Part shown: piece after piece, positions 50,189 to 59,859 of the stretch
Layout of the letters: each line of letters opens with the position of its first letter
Numbering within the stretch: position 1 is the stretch's first letter
Assembly (NCBI GenBank): GCA_963737655.1
Contig: CAVTTN010000002.1
Coordinates: 5,728,001 to 5,792,000, forward strand
Direction: 5' to 3'
Origin: an uncultured Planctomycetota bacterium
GTDB lineage: Bacteria > Planctomycetota > Planctomycetia > Isosphaerales > Isosphaeraceae
Length of the DNA: 64,000 nt
Position numbers and translations under genes: made by a program
The notes under the pieces: generated by a model
What the model was told of the DNA's origin: nothing
Databases searched by the model: none
The model's input: the letters and a program-made list of their open reading frames with translations, nothing else

Positions 50189-51886
50189 ATGGCGACCGCG
50201 AGGCGATTCGCCCTGGCCGTCGAATCGCTGGAAGCGCGTGAGGTGCTCTCGCTGGCCTTCAGCTTCACCTATTCGGACCCGTCCAACGCGCTGGCCGCCT
50301 ACCAGCCCCAGCTCGGGATGAACCTCCAGGCGGCGGCCCAGGCGCTGGGCCAGGCGTTGGACGGCAAGGGGACGGTGGACGTCCAGGTCACGGCCAATCC
50401 CGTCTCGGGGAGCGTGATCGCCTCGGCGACCCCCATCCAGGTGAACATCGGGACCGCCAGCCTCCCTCAGGGCACGGTCAACGTGTACGAGGCGTTGCCC
50501 GAGTACGAGGCGACCCACGGCGGGAGCGACCTGAACGGCTCGTCCCCCGACATGCTCCTGAACATCAACCCCAACTATTTGAGCTCGGCCTTCTTCGACA
50601 CCTCCGGGGCGTTCTTGATGAACGCCCCGCCGTCGAACAAGCTCGACTTCATCACGACCGTCACCCACGAGCTGGTCCACGGGCTGGGCTTCTACAGCCT
50701 GACGACCCGCGACACCAACGGCGTCCCCTCGGGGAGCAACGTCAGCCTGTTCGACCTGGACGTCGTCAACTCGGGGTCGAACACCTACTTCGCGGGCGCG
50801 AACGCCGAGGCCGCCAACGGCAACCTGGCGGTGCCCCTCTACAACGACCACACCTATAACCCCGGGTCCAACTTCTCGCACTACAATCTGTCCTCGGACC
50901 TGATGTACTACTCGCTGAGCGCCGGGCAGAGGAGGACGCTGAGCCCGGTGGACGTCGGGGCCCTGGTGGACATCGGCTGGTCCCGGGCCACCGCCCACCG
51001 GGCCAAGCCCGACGATTTCGACGGCGACGGCAAGACCGACATCGCCACGTTCGACCCGAGCACGGCCAAGTGGTACATCCAGGAATCGACCGGCGGATAC
51101 GTCCAGATCCCCCAGTTCGGCGGGGCCAACTGGATCCCCGAGCCGGGGGACTACGACGGCGACGGCGTGACGGACCTCGGCGTGTTCGACCCGACGACGG
51201 GCAACTGGTACACCTACAACTCCTCGACCCACACGCAGAGCGGCCCGACCCAGGTCGGCGGGCCCGGCTACGTCCCCGTGCCGGGCGACTATAACGGCGA
51301 CGGCAAGACCGACTTCGCCGTCTTCAACTCCAGCAACGGCGACTGGTACTACCGCAATTCCAGCTCCGGGGCCCTGGTCGGCCCGATCCAGGTGGGCGGG
51401 CCGAACTGGATCCCCGTGCCCGGCGACTACGACGGCGACGGCAAGACCGACATGGCCTCGATCAACCCCGGCGGCTCGCTCGACGCCTGGTACTACCTCG
51501 CCTCCTCCACCAACACGCTGCAAGGGCCCATCTCCTTCGGCCCCACCGGCTGGAACGCGGTGCCCGGCGACTACAATGGCGACGGCAAGACCGACATCGC
51601 CGTCTTCGACCCGGGCAGCGGCAACTGGTACTATCGCTCCTCGGCCGACGGCTCGACCGTCGGCCCGATCCAGGTGGGCGGGCCGAACTGGATCCCCGTG
51701 CCCGGCGACTACGACGGCGACGGCAAGACCGACATGGCCTCGGTCAACCCCGGCGGCACCGTGGCCGCCTGGTACTACCTCCCGTCCTCGACCAATACCC
51801 TCCAGGGCCCGATCTACTTCGGCGCCCCCTCCTGGACCCCCCTGGAAGCCCCCGATTTCATCCGCTACAAGAGGATCCACGGCTGA
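50189..51886 (+). CDS. Extracellular LEPR-XLL protein: zinc metalloprotease domain plus FG-GAP/VCBS repeats
   Basis: VESLEAREVLS; HELVHGLGF...SH...DLM (Met-turn); six DxDGDG-type repeats; start codon uncertain (50129 possible). Confidence 0.85.
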   Translation: MATARRFALAVESLEAREVLSLAFSFTYSDPSNALAAYQPQLGMNLQAAAQALGQALDGKGTVDVQVTANPVSGSVIASATPIQVNIGTASLPQGTVNVYEALPEYEATHGGSDLNGSSPDMLLNINPNYLSSAFFDTSGAFLMNAPPSNKLDFITTVTHELVHGLGFYSLTTRDTNGVPSGSNVSLFDLDVVNSGSNTYFAGANAEAANGNLAVPLYNDHTYNPGSNFSHYNLSSDLMYYSLSAGQRRTLSPVDVGALVDIGWSRATAHRAKPDDFDGDGKTDIATFDPSTAKWYIQESTGGYVQIPQFGGANWIPEPGDYDGDGVTDLGVFDPTTGNWYTYNSSTHTQSGPTQVGGPGYVPVPGDYNGDGKTDFAVFNSSNGDWYYRNSSSGALVGPIQVGGPNWIPVPGDYDGDGKTDMASINPGGSLDAWYYLASSTNTLQGPISFGPTGWNAVPGDYNGDGKTDIAVFDPGSGNWYYRSSADGSTVGPIQVGGPNWIPVPGDYDGDGKTDMASVNPGGTVAAWYYLPSSTNTLQGPIYFGAPSWTPLEAPDFIRYKRIHG

Positions 51887-51957
51887 TCGGCCCGGGCCGC
51901 GCCGGGGGCATCCCCGGCGCGGCCGTCAGCCCCGGCGAAACCGGACCTCGACCGGTC

Positions 51958-52923
51958 TCAGTCCTCGGGGCCCGCGTCCGGTTCGGCTTCGGCGTCCCCT
52001 TCGTCCTCGCCCGGGTCGAGCGTCCCGAACCGGGCCTTCAGGGCGTCGGCCAGCGAGAGGAACTCCTCGACGTTCATGGCCTCGGCGCGGATCGAGCCGT
52101 TCAGGCCGAGCGATTCGAGGAGGGCGTCGACCTCGGGCTTGGTCCATCGGCCCTTCCAGGCGGTGAAGAGGACGCCTCGGAGGTTCTTCCGGCGGTGGAG
52201 GAACACGCGGCGGACCGTCGCCACGAACCAGTCGAGGTCGGCGATCGCGGCGCGTTTCTCGGGGCTGGGGCGGACCTTCACCACGGCCGATTCCACCTTG
52301 GGCTTCGGCCAGAACACCTTGGGCGACAGGACCCGGACGATCTCGACGTCCGCCAGGGCCTGCGTGAGGATCGACAGGCCGCCATAGGCGGATGTTCCCG
52401 GCTCGGCCCGGAGCCTCTCGGCCATCTCCAACTGGATCGTGGCGACCATCAGCGACGGCCTCGGCTCGTCGCTCAGCAGGAGGTTGCTCAGGATCGGCGT
52501 GGCGACGTTGTAGGGCAGATTGGCCACGAGCTTGAACGCGAGGCCGGGCCTCACGGCCAGCCCGGCGCGGACGTTGTTCAGGACGTCGGGGTTGATCGTG
52601 TGCTTGTTCGCGAGCGCATCGGCATTGATCACGCGGACATTCAAGCGCCCGCTGACGGCCTCGCGGGTCAATCGGGCCATCGCCGGGTCGATCTCGACGG
52701 CCACGACGGCGGAGGCGGACTCGGCCATCATCGCCGTCATCGCCCCGGCGCCGGGGCCGACTTCCAGGATCACGTCGTCGGGCCCGATCTCCGCGGCCCG
52801 GGCGATCAGCTCATGGATATTCAAATCGATGAGGAAGTTCTGCCCATAGCGATGCTGGGGGAAGATCCCCCGCCGGGCGAACAGGTTGCGAAGGTAAGAC
52901 ATCGTCTGGCGATGGGCGGTCAT
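51958..52923 (-). CDS. rsmA: 16S rRNA adenine dimethyltransferase
   Basis: GQNFLID, LEVGPGAG, VEID, VANLPYN and FWPKPKVES. Confidence 0.97.
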   Translation of the reverse strand: MTAHRQTMSYLRNLFARRGIFPQHRYGQNFLIDLNIHELIARAAEIGPDDVILEVGPGAGAMTAMMAESASAVVAVEIDPAMARLTREAVSGRLNVRVINADALANKHTINPDVLNNVRAGLAVRPGLAFKLVANLPYNVATPILSNLLLSDEPRPSLMVATIQLEMAERLRAEPGTSAYGGLSILTQALADVEIVRVLSPKVFWPKPKVESAVVKVRPSPEKRAAIADLDWFVATVRRVFLHRRKNLRGVLFTAWKGRWTKPEVDALLESLGLNGSIRAEAMNVEEFLSLADALKARFGTLDPGEDEGDAEAEPDAGPED

Positions 52924-52937
52924 GAGGCGGCGATCCC

Positions 52938-53011
52938 GTAGGGTGCATGCAATGCACCGTCGTGTAGGGTGCATGAAATGCACCAACCAGCGGCGGGCAA
53001 GGCCCGCCCAC
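52938..53011 (+). repeat. REP family B tandem doublet plus hairpin
   Basis: GTAGGGTGCATGCAATGCACC-GTCGT-GTAGGGTGCATGAAATGCACC...GCGGCGGGCAAGGCCCGCCCACC. Confidence 0.9.
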
Positions 53012-53064
53012 CGCTCTCGTCTTCCCCGACATGAAGGAACGAAGGGGTCTGCGCGAGGCGGGCA

Positions 53065-53682
53065 TCACCCGCCGACCACCTCGGCGGATCGCATCCACCC
53101 GACGTGGAGTTTCTCCAGGTGCTTGGCCAGCATGTCGGCCTCGATGTTCACGCGATCGCCTGTTTTGAGCGTCCCCAACGTCGTGACCGCCAAGGTGTGG
53201 GGGATCAGCATCACGGAGAACCCCTCGGGGCCGACGTCCACCAGGGTGAGGCTCACGCCGTCGATGGCGATCGACCCCTTGGGGACCATCAGGCGGGGCC
53301 ATTCCGGGTCGATGCGGAAGGCGAGGAAGTCCCACTCCCCCTCGGGCCGGCGCTCGACGAGCTCGGCGGTCGTGTCCACGTGCCCCTGGACGAAGTGCCC
53401 TCCCAATCGGTCGCCCACGCGCAGGGAGCGTTCGAGGTTCACCGGGTCGCCCGGCCGGCGGTCGCCCAGGTTGGTGCGGGCGAGGGTCTCGGGCCCGGCC
53501 TGGACGTCGAAGAGCTCGCCGTCGGCCGAGACGACGGTCAGGCAGCAGCCGTTGACGGCCACGCTCTCGCCCAGGGCCAGGCGGTCGGCCAGGTCCGGCC
53601 ATCGGATCGTCATCCGCAGCCCGGCCCCCTCCGGTTCCCTCGTCTCGACCCGCCCCAACGCCTCGACCAGCCCCGTGAACAT
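53065..53682 (-). CDS. ribE: Riboflavin synthase alpha subunit
   Basis: MFTGLVE, AVNGCCLT, VNLERSL, GGHFVQGHVD and KGSIAIDGVSLT. Confidence 0.97.
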   Translation of the reverse strand: MFTGLVEALGRVETREPEGAGLRMTIRWPDLADRLALGESVAVNGCCLTVVSADGELFDVQAGPETLARTNLGDRRPGDPVNLERSLRVGDRLGGHFVQGHVDTTAELVERRPEGEWDFLAFRIDPEWPRLMVPKGSIAIDGVSLTLVDVGPEGFSVMLIPHTLAVTTLGTLKTGDRVNIEADMLAKHLEKLHVGWMRSAEVVGG

Positions 53683-53852
53683 CCTCGCCCCCCTGCCCTG
53701 CCCTGACCCGGCCCGCGAATCGCGATCCCCCATGATACCGAAACCGCCCGGCCGGGCCGAGGTCGTTGCCCGGCGGCCCCGGCCGGCTTAGGATTGGGGA
53801 GGACGATGACGCCAAGAGACGTGGATTTGATCTCAGCCCGGGAGCCCCGACG

Positions 53853-54218
53853 ATGGCCACGGAGACTTCGAGCTTCTTCGACGTGACGGACCGAGGCGCC
53901 GTGACGATCGTTCACGTCCTGGAGCCGACGATCCGCCACCCCGGCCAGGCCGAGCAGTTCGGCGCCGACCTGAACGCCCTGGTCGATCGCGACGGCCGCA
54001 ACCGGCTGGTCGTGGACTTCCACCGCAACCATTATCTCGGGAGCACGGCGTTCGCCGTCCTGATCGGCCTGGCGAAGAAGGTCGAGGCCGCCCGGGGGAA
54101 GCTGGCCCTCTGCTCGCTCGATCCCGACGTCCTCGTGGGCGCGAACATCATCGGCCTGGGCAAGATCATCCCGATCTTCGAGGGCGAGGCGGACGCGATC
54201 GAGGCGGTGTCGTCGTGA
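53853..54218 (+). CDS. STAS-domain protein (anti-sigma factor antagonist)
   Basis: LVVDF..NHYLGST...GKLALCSL...GLGKIIPIF. Confidence 0.8.
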   Translation: MATETSSFFDVTDRGAVTIVHVLEPTIRHPGQAEQFGADLNALVDRDGRNRLVVDFHRNHYLGSTAFAVLIGLAKKVEAARGKLALCSLDPDVLVGANIIGLGKIIPIFEGEADAIEAVSS

Positions 54219-54321
54219 CGAGGACGGCGGTCGGCGAATCCGATCCGGTCCCAGCTCGAGCGGCTCCCCGGGAAAGGCCGAGGCGCAGCGAGCGGATCAT
54301 TCGCGGACGGGGGGATCGCAG

Positions 54322-55428
54322 ATGGCGAAGGCGAAAGCCGAGGAGTTCCACGCCCCGGAGCCGCTCGATCCGGAACAGTTGTTGGAGGTCTGGCAGAGGG
54401 CCAGGGAGATTCCCGGGTTCTCCAACCCCTTCCCCCAGAACTGGGCCTACCGGGTTTCGAAGAAGAAGGGGTGGGTCCCCTCCCTGGCCGGCGCCCCGGG
54501 GGTGACGGCGACCCGGCAAATCCGGCTCGACGCGAACCTGAACCGGGCGAAGGTGACGGCGAAGGTCCTGGCCCAGGCCTACAGCGATCTGGCCGGGCTC
54601 GAGCCGCCCCCGGCCGAGGGCTCGCCGCGGCTGGACTTCTACGTCTCCTGCGATTTCGACCTGCTCGGGGTGCCGAATTACCCCGACGAGACGCGCGAGG
54701 TCAGCTTCTCGCTCTCGACCATGGAGGGCGCCCCCTGGTTCCACTTCTCTTGCAGCACCTCCTTCGGCTGGACGACCGACGCTCACGAGGAGAACCGGAT
54801 CCTCTTCGGGACCGAGCGGGCCCTGCAGGAAGACCTGATCGGCCGGGTGATCGCGTCGAGCCGGCTCCCTCTGCGGATCGTCCCGGCCGGCAAGTCGTTC
54901 GGCGTGGAGCACTTCGAGGGCGCCTGGACGGGCCACTGGGACGAGCCGAAGGAGTACGGCCCGGGGGGCCTCGGTTGCCCCCTCCCCGGCGATTCCCCGG
55001 CCGACCTGGTCGGGCGGGCGCTCGACGGGCTGGCGGTCATGACCCCGGTGGGCCCGCCCCGCTACACCGCCCACCTCTACCTGGAGGCCCGGCCGAAGGC
55101 GGCCGACCCGTGCCCGGGGCTGTACCGGCGCCTCCAGGGCTTCCGCTGGCCGGTCGCCTCCACCAGCCTGTCCACCGTGTTCCGGATCGGGTCGCCCGAG
55201 GGCCTCGACGGACTCCGGCCGGCCCTGCCAAGCCCTCGGGCCGCCCTCAAGCTGAACCTCGCCCGCTTCCGCCCGGTCGGCCAGCCGGCCCGAGGACCCG
55301 CGACCACCCTGGTCGTCAAGACCCGGCAGGACGGCCACCACCTCAGCCTCCTCGTGCCTCCGGGGCACGAGACGAAGCGCCTGCGCAAGACCCTGGAGCA
55401 CGACCTGCGACTGGTCCTCAAGCCTTGA
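54322..55428 (+). CDS. Hypothetical protein
   Basis: 368-aa ORF with genome-typical GC3 bias; no recognisable motif. Confidence 0.6.
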   Translation: MAKAKAEEFHAPEPLDPEQLLEVWQRAREIPGFSNPFPQNWAYRVSKKKGWVPSLAGAPGVTATRQIRLDANLNRAKVTAKVLAQAYSDLAGLEPPPAEGSPRLDFYVSCDFDLLGVPNYPDETREVSFSLSTMEGAPWFHFSCSTSFGWTTDAHEENRILFGTERALQEDLIGRVIASSRLPLRIVPAGKSFGVEHFEGAWTGHWDEPKEYGPGGLGCPLPGDSPADLVGRALDGLAVMTPVGPPRYTAHLYLEARPKAADPCPGLYRRLQGFRWPVASTSLSTVFRIGSPEGLDGLRPALPSPRAALKLNLARFRPVGQPARGPATTLVVKTRQDGHHLSLLVPPGHETKRLRKTLEHDLRLVLKP

Positions 55429-55523
55429 GGGCCGGGCGGACGGGCGTTTAGAATGAGGCCCGATCGACCGTCCCTCTTCTTTGCTCTCCTCTGCTCTCCC
55501 ATCCCGTCCCGGAGGACCGACGC

Positions 55524-56436
55524 ATGACACCTCCCGTGAACCGTCGCGACTTCCTCGCCCAGACCGCCGCCGGGGCCGCCGCCCTGGCCGCCGCGTCGTC
55601 CGCTTCGGCCTCGGCTTCGGCCGCCCCGTATCCTCGCGCCTCGCTGCCGAAGACGGCGACCGACAAGGTCACCCTGGGCAAGACGGGCATCCAGGTCTCG
55701 CTCGTCGGGATGGGCACCGGCAGCGTCGGCGTGGGCCAGGCGAGCAACCAGACGCGAATGGGCGTGAAGGAGTTCACCCGGGTCGTCCGCCACGCCCTGG
55801 ACCGCGGCGTCTGCTTCTTCGACGTGGCCGACCAGTACGGCTCCCACACCTATCTTCGCGAGGCCCTCAAGGGCGTCGATCGCGACAAGTACGTGATCCA
55901 GACCAAGAGCCACGCCACCGACCTGGCCAACTGCCGGTCGCACATCGAGCGCTACCGGATGGAGCTCGGCGTGGACATGATCGACATCGTCCTTTTGCAC
56001 TGCATGACGGAGAAGGACTGGCCGGCGAAGCACGTCGGCTCGATGGAATACTTGATGAAGGCCCGCGAGCAGGGGATCATCCGGGCCCACGGCACGAGCT
56101 GCCACGGGATGGACCCGCTGCGGACCTCGGCCAAGGACCCGTTCGTCCAGATCGACCTGGCCCGGATCAACCCCGAGGGGCTGATCATGGACGACCGCAA
56201 GCCGGATGAGGTCGCCAGCGAGCTCCAGGAGATGCACGACGCCGGCAAGGGCGTCGTCGGCATGAAGATCCTCGGCGAAGGCCGGTTCAAGGAGCCCGAG
56301 AGAGCGCGATGCGTCGCTGAGGTTCGTCCTGGGCCTGGGCACCGTCGATGCCTTCATCATCGGCTTCGAGACCACGGCGCAGATCGACGACCTCCTGGAC
56401 CGGACCGAGAAGGCGATCGCCGGCCTGAAGAAGTGA
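55524..56436 (+). CDS. Tat-exported aldo/keto reductase; frameshift at ~56301
   Basis: NRRDFL Tat motif; LGKTGIQVS, FDVADQYG, QTK, DIVLLH and GMKILG; removing one base gives ERDASLRFVLGL...GLKK*. Confidence 0.88.
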
Positions 56437-56462
56437 CGACGCGAGAACGCCGCGCCATCACA

Positions 56463-56500
56463 GCCCTTGTAGGGTCCGCGATTGCGGCCCCTACAAGGGC
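56463..56500. repeat. GTAG-foot palindrome (REP-like)
   Basis: GCCCTTGTAGGGTCCGC-GATT-GCGGCCCCTACAAGGGC. Confidence 0.75.
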
Positions 56501-56546
56501 GTTTGAGCCGGAAAACGAACCCGCCCGCCCCGAGCGGAGGCGCCCC

Positions 56547-57401
56547 ATGAAGACCGCTCGCGATCCCTCATCCCACGCCCGGTCTCTCCAGTGCATGGAG
56601 ATCCTCGGCGGGGCCGGGGCCCGGGAGGAGCTGTTCTCGACCCCCGGCCTGGATGCCTGGCTGTTCAGCCGGCCCTATCATGGCGAGAGCCAGGGCGGGG
56701 ACGTCCATTATTTATCGTTATGCGGCGGAGGAGTGATCACCCGGTTCGTCCTGGCCGACGTCTCGGGCCACGGCCAGGCGGTGGCCGAGTTCTCGGCGGC
56801 TCTGCGGAGGATCGTCCGCAAGAACATCAACCGCAAGAGCCAGGGGCACCTCGTCGCGGCCCTGAACCGCGAGTTCTCCGCGATGGCCGAGCTCCGGCGA
56901 TTCGCCACGGCCGTCGTCGCCACCTATCTCGCCACCAAGCGGACCCTGACGGTCTGCAACGCCGGCCACCCGCGCCCCCTGCTCTACCGGGCCGAGAGCC
57001 GGGAATGGTCGATCCTCGGCGCCGATTCCGGGGCCGCCCGGGGGGCGAATCTGCCCCTGGGGATCGACGACGCCTCGGATTACGAGTCGTTCGCCGTCGA
57101 TCTGAAGCCCAATGACGTCGTGATCGCCTTCACCGACGCGATGGTCGAGGCCCAGGACGAGGGCTCGAACCTCCTCGGCGAAGCCGGCCTGCTCGACCTG
57201 GCCCGGGGCCTCGACCCGACCGACCCCTCGACGATCGGCCCGGCGCTGGTCTCGGCCGTGGAAGGATATCGCCGGGGGGAGACGGCCGACGACGACCTGA
57301 CGGTCCTGGTCCTCCGCCACACCGCCCAGGGACCCAAACGGCTCTCGGTGGGGGAGAAGCTGGACGTCTACGCGAAGGTCTTCGGGCTGAAGGCGGTGTA
57401 G
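56547..57401 (+). CDS. PP2C/SpoIIE-family Ser/Thr phosphatase
   Basis: GGD, LADVSGHG, RFATA, NAGHP, PLG, FTDAMVE and DDLT. Confidence 0.9.
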   Translation: MKTARDPSSHARSLQCMEILGGAGAREELFSTPGLDAWLFSRPYHGESQGGDVHYLSLCGGGVITRFVLADVSGHGQAVAEFSAALRRIVRKNINRKSQGHLVAALNREFSAMAELRRFATAVVATYLATKRTLTVCNAGHPRPLLYRAESREWSILGADSGAARGANLPLGIDDASDYESFAVDLKPNDVVIAFTDAMVEAQDEGSNLLGEAGLLDLARGLDPTDPSTIGPALVSAVEGYRRGETADDDLTVLVLRHTAQGPKRLSVGEKLDVYAKVFGLKAV

Positions 57402-57483
57402 GCGCGCCAATCCTGGCCAAACCGGCCGAGTCCCGGCCTGGGAGGCCAGGGCGCGGCCCGTCGTGACCGTTGAAAAGGCGGCT

Positions 57484-58023
57484 TCACGTCTCCTGCCACG
57501 ACGACTCGAAAATCGACTCCATCTCCGCAAGGACTGGCCCGAGGGCCGACCACTCCTCGGGAAGCCGGTTCCACCAGGCGATCCGGGCCCGGCAGAAGGA
57601 TTTGCCGACGTGGAGCTCATAGCTCGTGCCGTCGAGCCCGACCGGCGGTTCGGCCACGGCCAGGGGGATCGGGATGGCCTGGAGACGACGGACGACCCCC
57701 TCAATCCTGGTCGCGTCGATCGGCGCCGAGACCACTTCGACGGTCGGCCTGTAGGGACGGGGATGCTTCAAACGCTCCAGGGGCGAGCCGAAGGCCCCGG
57801 AGTCCAGGTCCATCCGCCAGCACGAGCGAAAGAGGCGAGGCTGGGCCGGACCGCCCGGGACGGGCCACGAGCGGACATCCCAGCCGACCGAGTTCTCGAA
57901 GGAGGGGAGGACCACGAGGCGACACATCAGGAGGCCGTCGGCTCCGACGAAGGCGCCGGAGCGGAGGCCGTCGCACGCGGCCTCCCGAACGGCAAAAAAC
58001 TCGTCGAACTGCTCGAGGTCCAC
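57484..58023 (-). CDS. Hypothetical protein
   Basis: GTG start with GGAGG RBS; LVVLPSFE, GLDGTSYEL and WW..LPEEW globular pattern. Confidence 0.65.
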   Translation of the reverse strand: MDLEQFDEFFAVREAACDGLRSGAFVGADGLLMCRLVVLPSFENSVGWDVRSWPVPGGPAQPRLFRSCWRMDLDSGAFGSPLERLKHPRPYRPTVEVVSAPIDATRIEGVVRRLQAIPIPLAVAEPPVGLDGTSYELHVGKSFCRARIAWWNRLPEEWSALGPVLAEMESIFESSWQET

Positions 58024-58224
58024 GCGATCGCCTCCCCGTTGTCTAACCCCGGGCCGCGAGGAGTTTGGCTCCCTCGCGGTGGGCCAGCCATTCCCGGAAC
58101 GTTGGGAACCGGTCGGGATCGGGCCGTCCGTTGCCGGGCCTCGGCTCGTCGGGGTGGGCGGCGATCTCGTCGGCCCCGGTCGTCGTGGCCGCCCTCCCGC
58201 GATGTCGAGATGTTCGATGGCTTT

Positions 58225-58503
58225 TCAGGGAGTCGAGGTCCCGGTCCGGCTTTGGAGATAGGCCTCAACCGCCTTCTTCGACTCGGACAGGCCCGCCCCG
58301 GTGGCCTGGCGGTACTCGCGGATGGCGGCGATCTTCTCGCCCCGATCGGCGAAGGCCCGGGCCCGCTCGGGGAAGCCGGCTTCTTCCTCCGAATCGGCGA
58401 GCCCGAGGCTCTCCAGGATCAGGTCGAGCTTGCGTTCCACCCTCCGCAATCGGGCGGCGTCCTCGGGGGTGAATTCGGGGGAACGGCCGAGCAGGTCGAA
58501 CAT
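58225..58503 (-). CDS. Small protein with a ribosomal L7/L12 C-terminal-like domain (not rplL)
   Basis: RLRRVERKLDLIL...GEKIAAIREYRQATGAGLSESKKAVE. Confidence 0.75.
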   Translation of the reverse strand: MFDLLGRSPEFTPEDAARLRRVERKLDLILESLGLADSEEEAGFPERARAFADRGEKIAAIREYRQATGAGLSESKKAVEAYLQSRTGTSTP

Positions 58504-58609
58504 CGTCGGTCCTCGGGTCGCGATCGGGCGGAGATCAGGCCCTCCGGGGAGGGGATTCGACCCGAGGGCCGTTCTATTGGACCGATCGCGACCGGGGGCC
58601 GATCCCGGG

Positions 58610-58855
58610 TCAATCCAGGCCGCACATCCCCGACCCGCACCCGCCCATCCCGCACGGGCCGGGCGAGGGGCCGGCGTCGCCCATCGGCAGGGACGACGAG
58701 GCCGAGCCATTCACCTTCGCCGCCGCCGGGACGCTGAATTGCTTGTTCAGGTCGATATTGCCGCACTTCGGGCAGTGCGGGACGTCCGACGACGAGCGGA
58801 CCAGCGTCTCGAACTCGTGGTGGCAAGGCTCGCAGCGGTATTCGTAGATCGGCAT
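58610..58855 (-). CDS. FmdB-family zinc-ribbon protein
   Basis: MPIYEYRCEPC..FE...CPKCG. Confidence 0.9.
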   Translation of the reverse strand: MPIYEYRCEPCHHEFETLVRSSSDVPHCPKCGNIDLNKQFSVPAAAKVNGSASSSLPMGDAGPSPGPCGMGGCGSGMCGLD

Positions 58856-58890
58856 CGGAAGAAGCCCTCGAAATCGGTCGGTTTCCGGGT

Positions 58891-58919
58891 ATTTTGGGGC
58901 GAGGTCTCGGCCCTGTCAA
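58891..58919 (-). promoter_or_regulatory. Putative sigma70-type promoter TTGACA-17-CAAAAT
   Basis: Perfect -35 and 17-bp spacer, 35 bp upstream of the FmdB ATG. Confidence 0.6.
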
Positions 58920-59027
58920 TGTCGAGGGATTCCGAGGGCGAAGGCGGCCCTATTCTCCGACCGGATCTGGTAGGATACGCTCATGGATGAGGTTCGGACG
59001 ACGCGGGCCGTGGTTCCGAGGGATGAC

Positions 59028-59831
59028 ATGGGCGAGCCGAAGACCGATTGGGGGAAGCAGCTCGTCGAACAGATGCAGGGCCTCGCCACGGACTTCCGCG
59101 ACTTTCGCACGGAGATGGCCGCGTTCCGCGAGCAGATGGAGCGGGTCGCCACGGAGTTCCGCGATTTTCGCACGGAGATGGTCCCCTTCCGCGTCAAGGC
59201 CGAATCGCACGTGGCCACCGTCGTCGGCTCGGTCAAGCTCGCGATCCCGATCCTGATCGCCTGCCTCGCGGCCTACATTTATCTGGCGGTCGAAGTCCGC
59301 ATCGCGACTTCCAAGGCGGACGGGCTCAAGGAGTCCATCGACGGCTTCAAGAACGATATGCACCGCACTCTCGAAAGGCTGGAAGGCAAGCTGGAGCGCG
59401 GCCAGGCCACCGGCCCTCCGTCCCAACCTCCCCGAGAGGACTGGACTTACGTCTGGGTCGAGGGGGGCCATTTCGAGAGGGTGGATGGGGATCGGAACGC
59501 TCTGGGCGCGACTTATCGGCTCGATGAGAACCGCCATCCGGGGGTGTCCTGGGTCGGCCTAACCGGCTCGGTCCTGATGCCCGACTCCGACCCGGCGCAG
59601 CCCAACGTCGATGCGAAGAAGGCGGAGGCGATCCGGGGGCTTTCCGGGGCCTCGGCCATCTATCTGGGCGGACATGACTTCCAGCTTCGTTTCGCCGACC
59701 AGGATGGGCGGTTGACCGATTCCGCCCTCGCCTACCTGAAGGCGGTCAATCCTCGGCTCCTGTTCCGCTTCCCGTCCGTGAAGTCGCCCCCCTCCGAAGG
59801 GAATGCGGGCCGGGGGCCGCTCCCCCGATAA
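59028..59831 (+). CDS. Hypothetical coiled-coil plus TM protein
   Basis: 21-aa repeat AT(D/E)FRDFRTEM; TM segment LAIPILIACLAAYIYLAV; start could be 58983. Confidence 0.65.
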   Translation: MGEPKTDWGKQLVEQMQGLATDFRDFRTEMAAFREQMERVATEFRDFRTEMVPFRVKAESHVATVVGSVKLAIPILIACLAAYIYLAVEVRIATSKADGLKESIDGFKNDMHRTLERLEGKLERGQATGPPSQPPREDWTYVWVEGGHFERVDGDRNALGATYRLDENRHPGVSWVGLTGSVLMPDSDPAQPNVDAKKAEAIRGLSGASAIYLGGHDFQLRFADQDGRLTDSALAYLKAVNPRLLFRFPSVKSPPSEGNAGRGPLPR

Positions 59832-59859
59832 GGGTGAGTCACCCCAGGACCGTTATCTG

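Noticed and set aside
55524..57401. Apparent 625-aa aldo/keto reductase-PP2C phosphatase fusion in the ORF track
   Set aside because: A 1-nt frameshift at ~56301 bypasses the true reductase stop at 56436. The phosphatase has its own GGAGG RBS and ATG at 56547, and a palindrome lies between the genes.
58225..58503. rplL (ribosomal protein L7/L12)
   Set aside because: It lacks the N-terminal dimerisation domain and hinge, and has no rplJ/rpoB context; it is only an L12-C-like domain.
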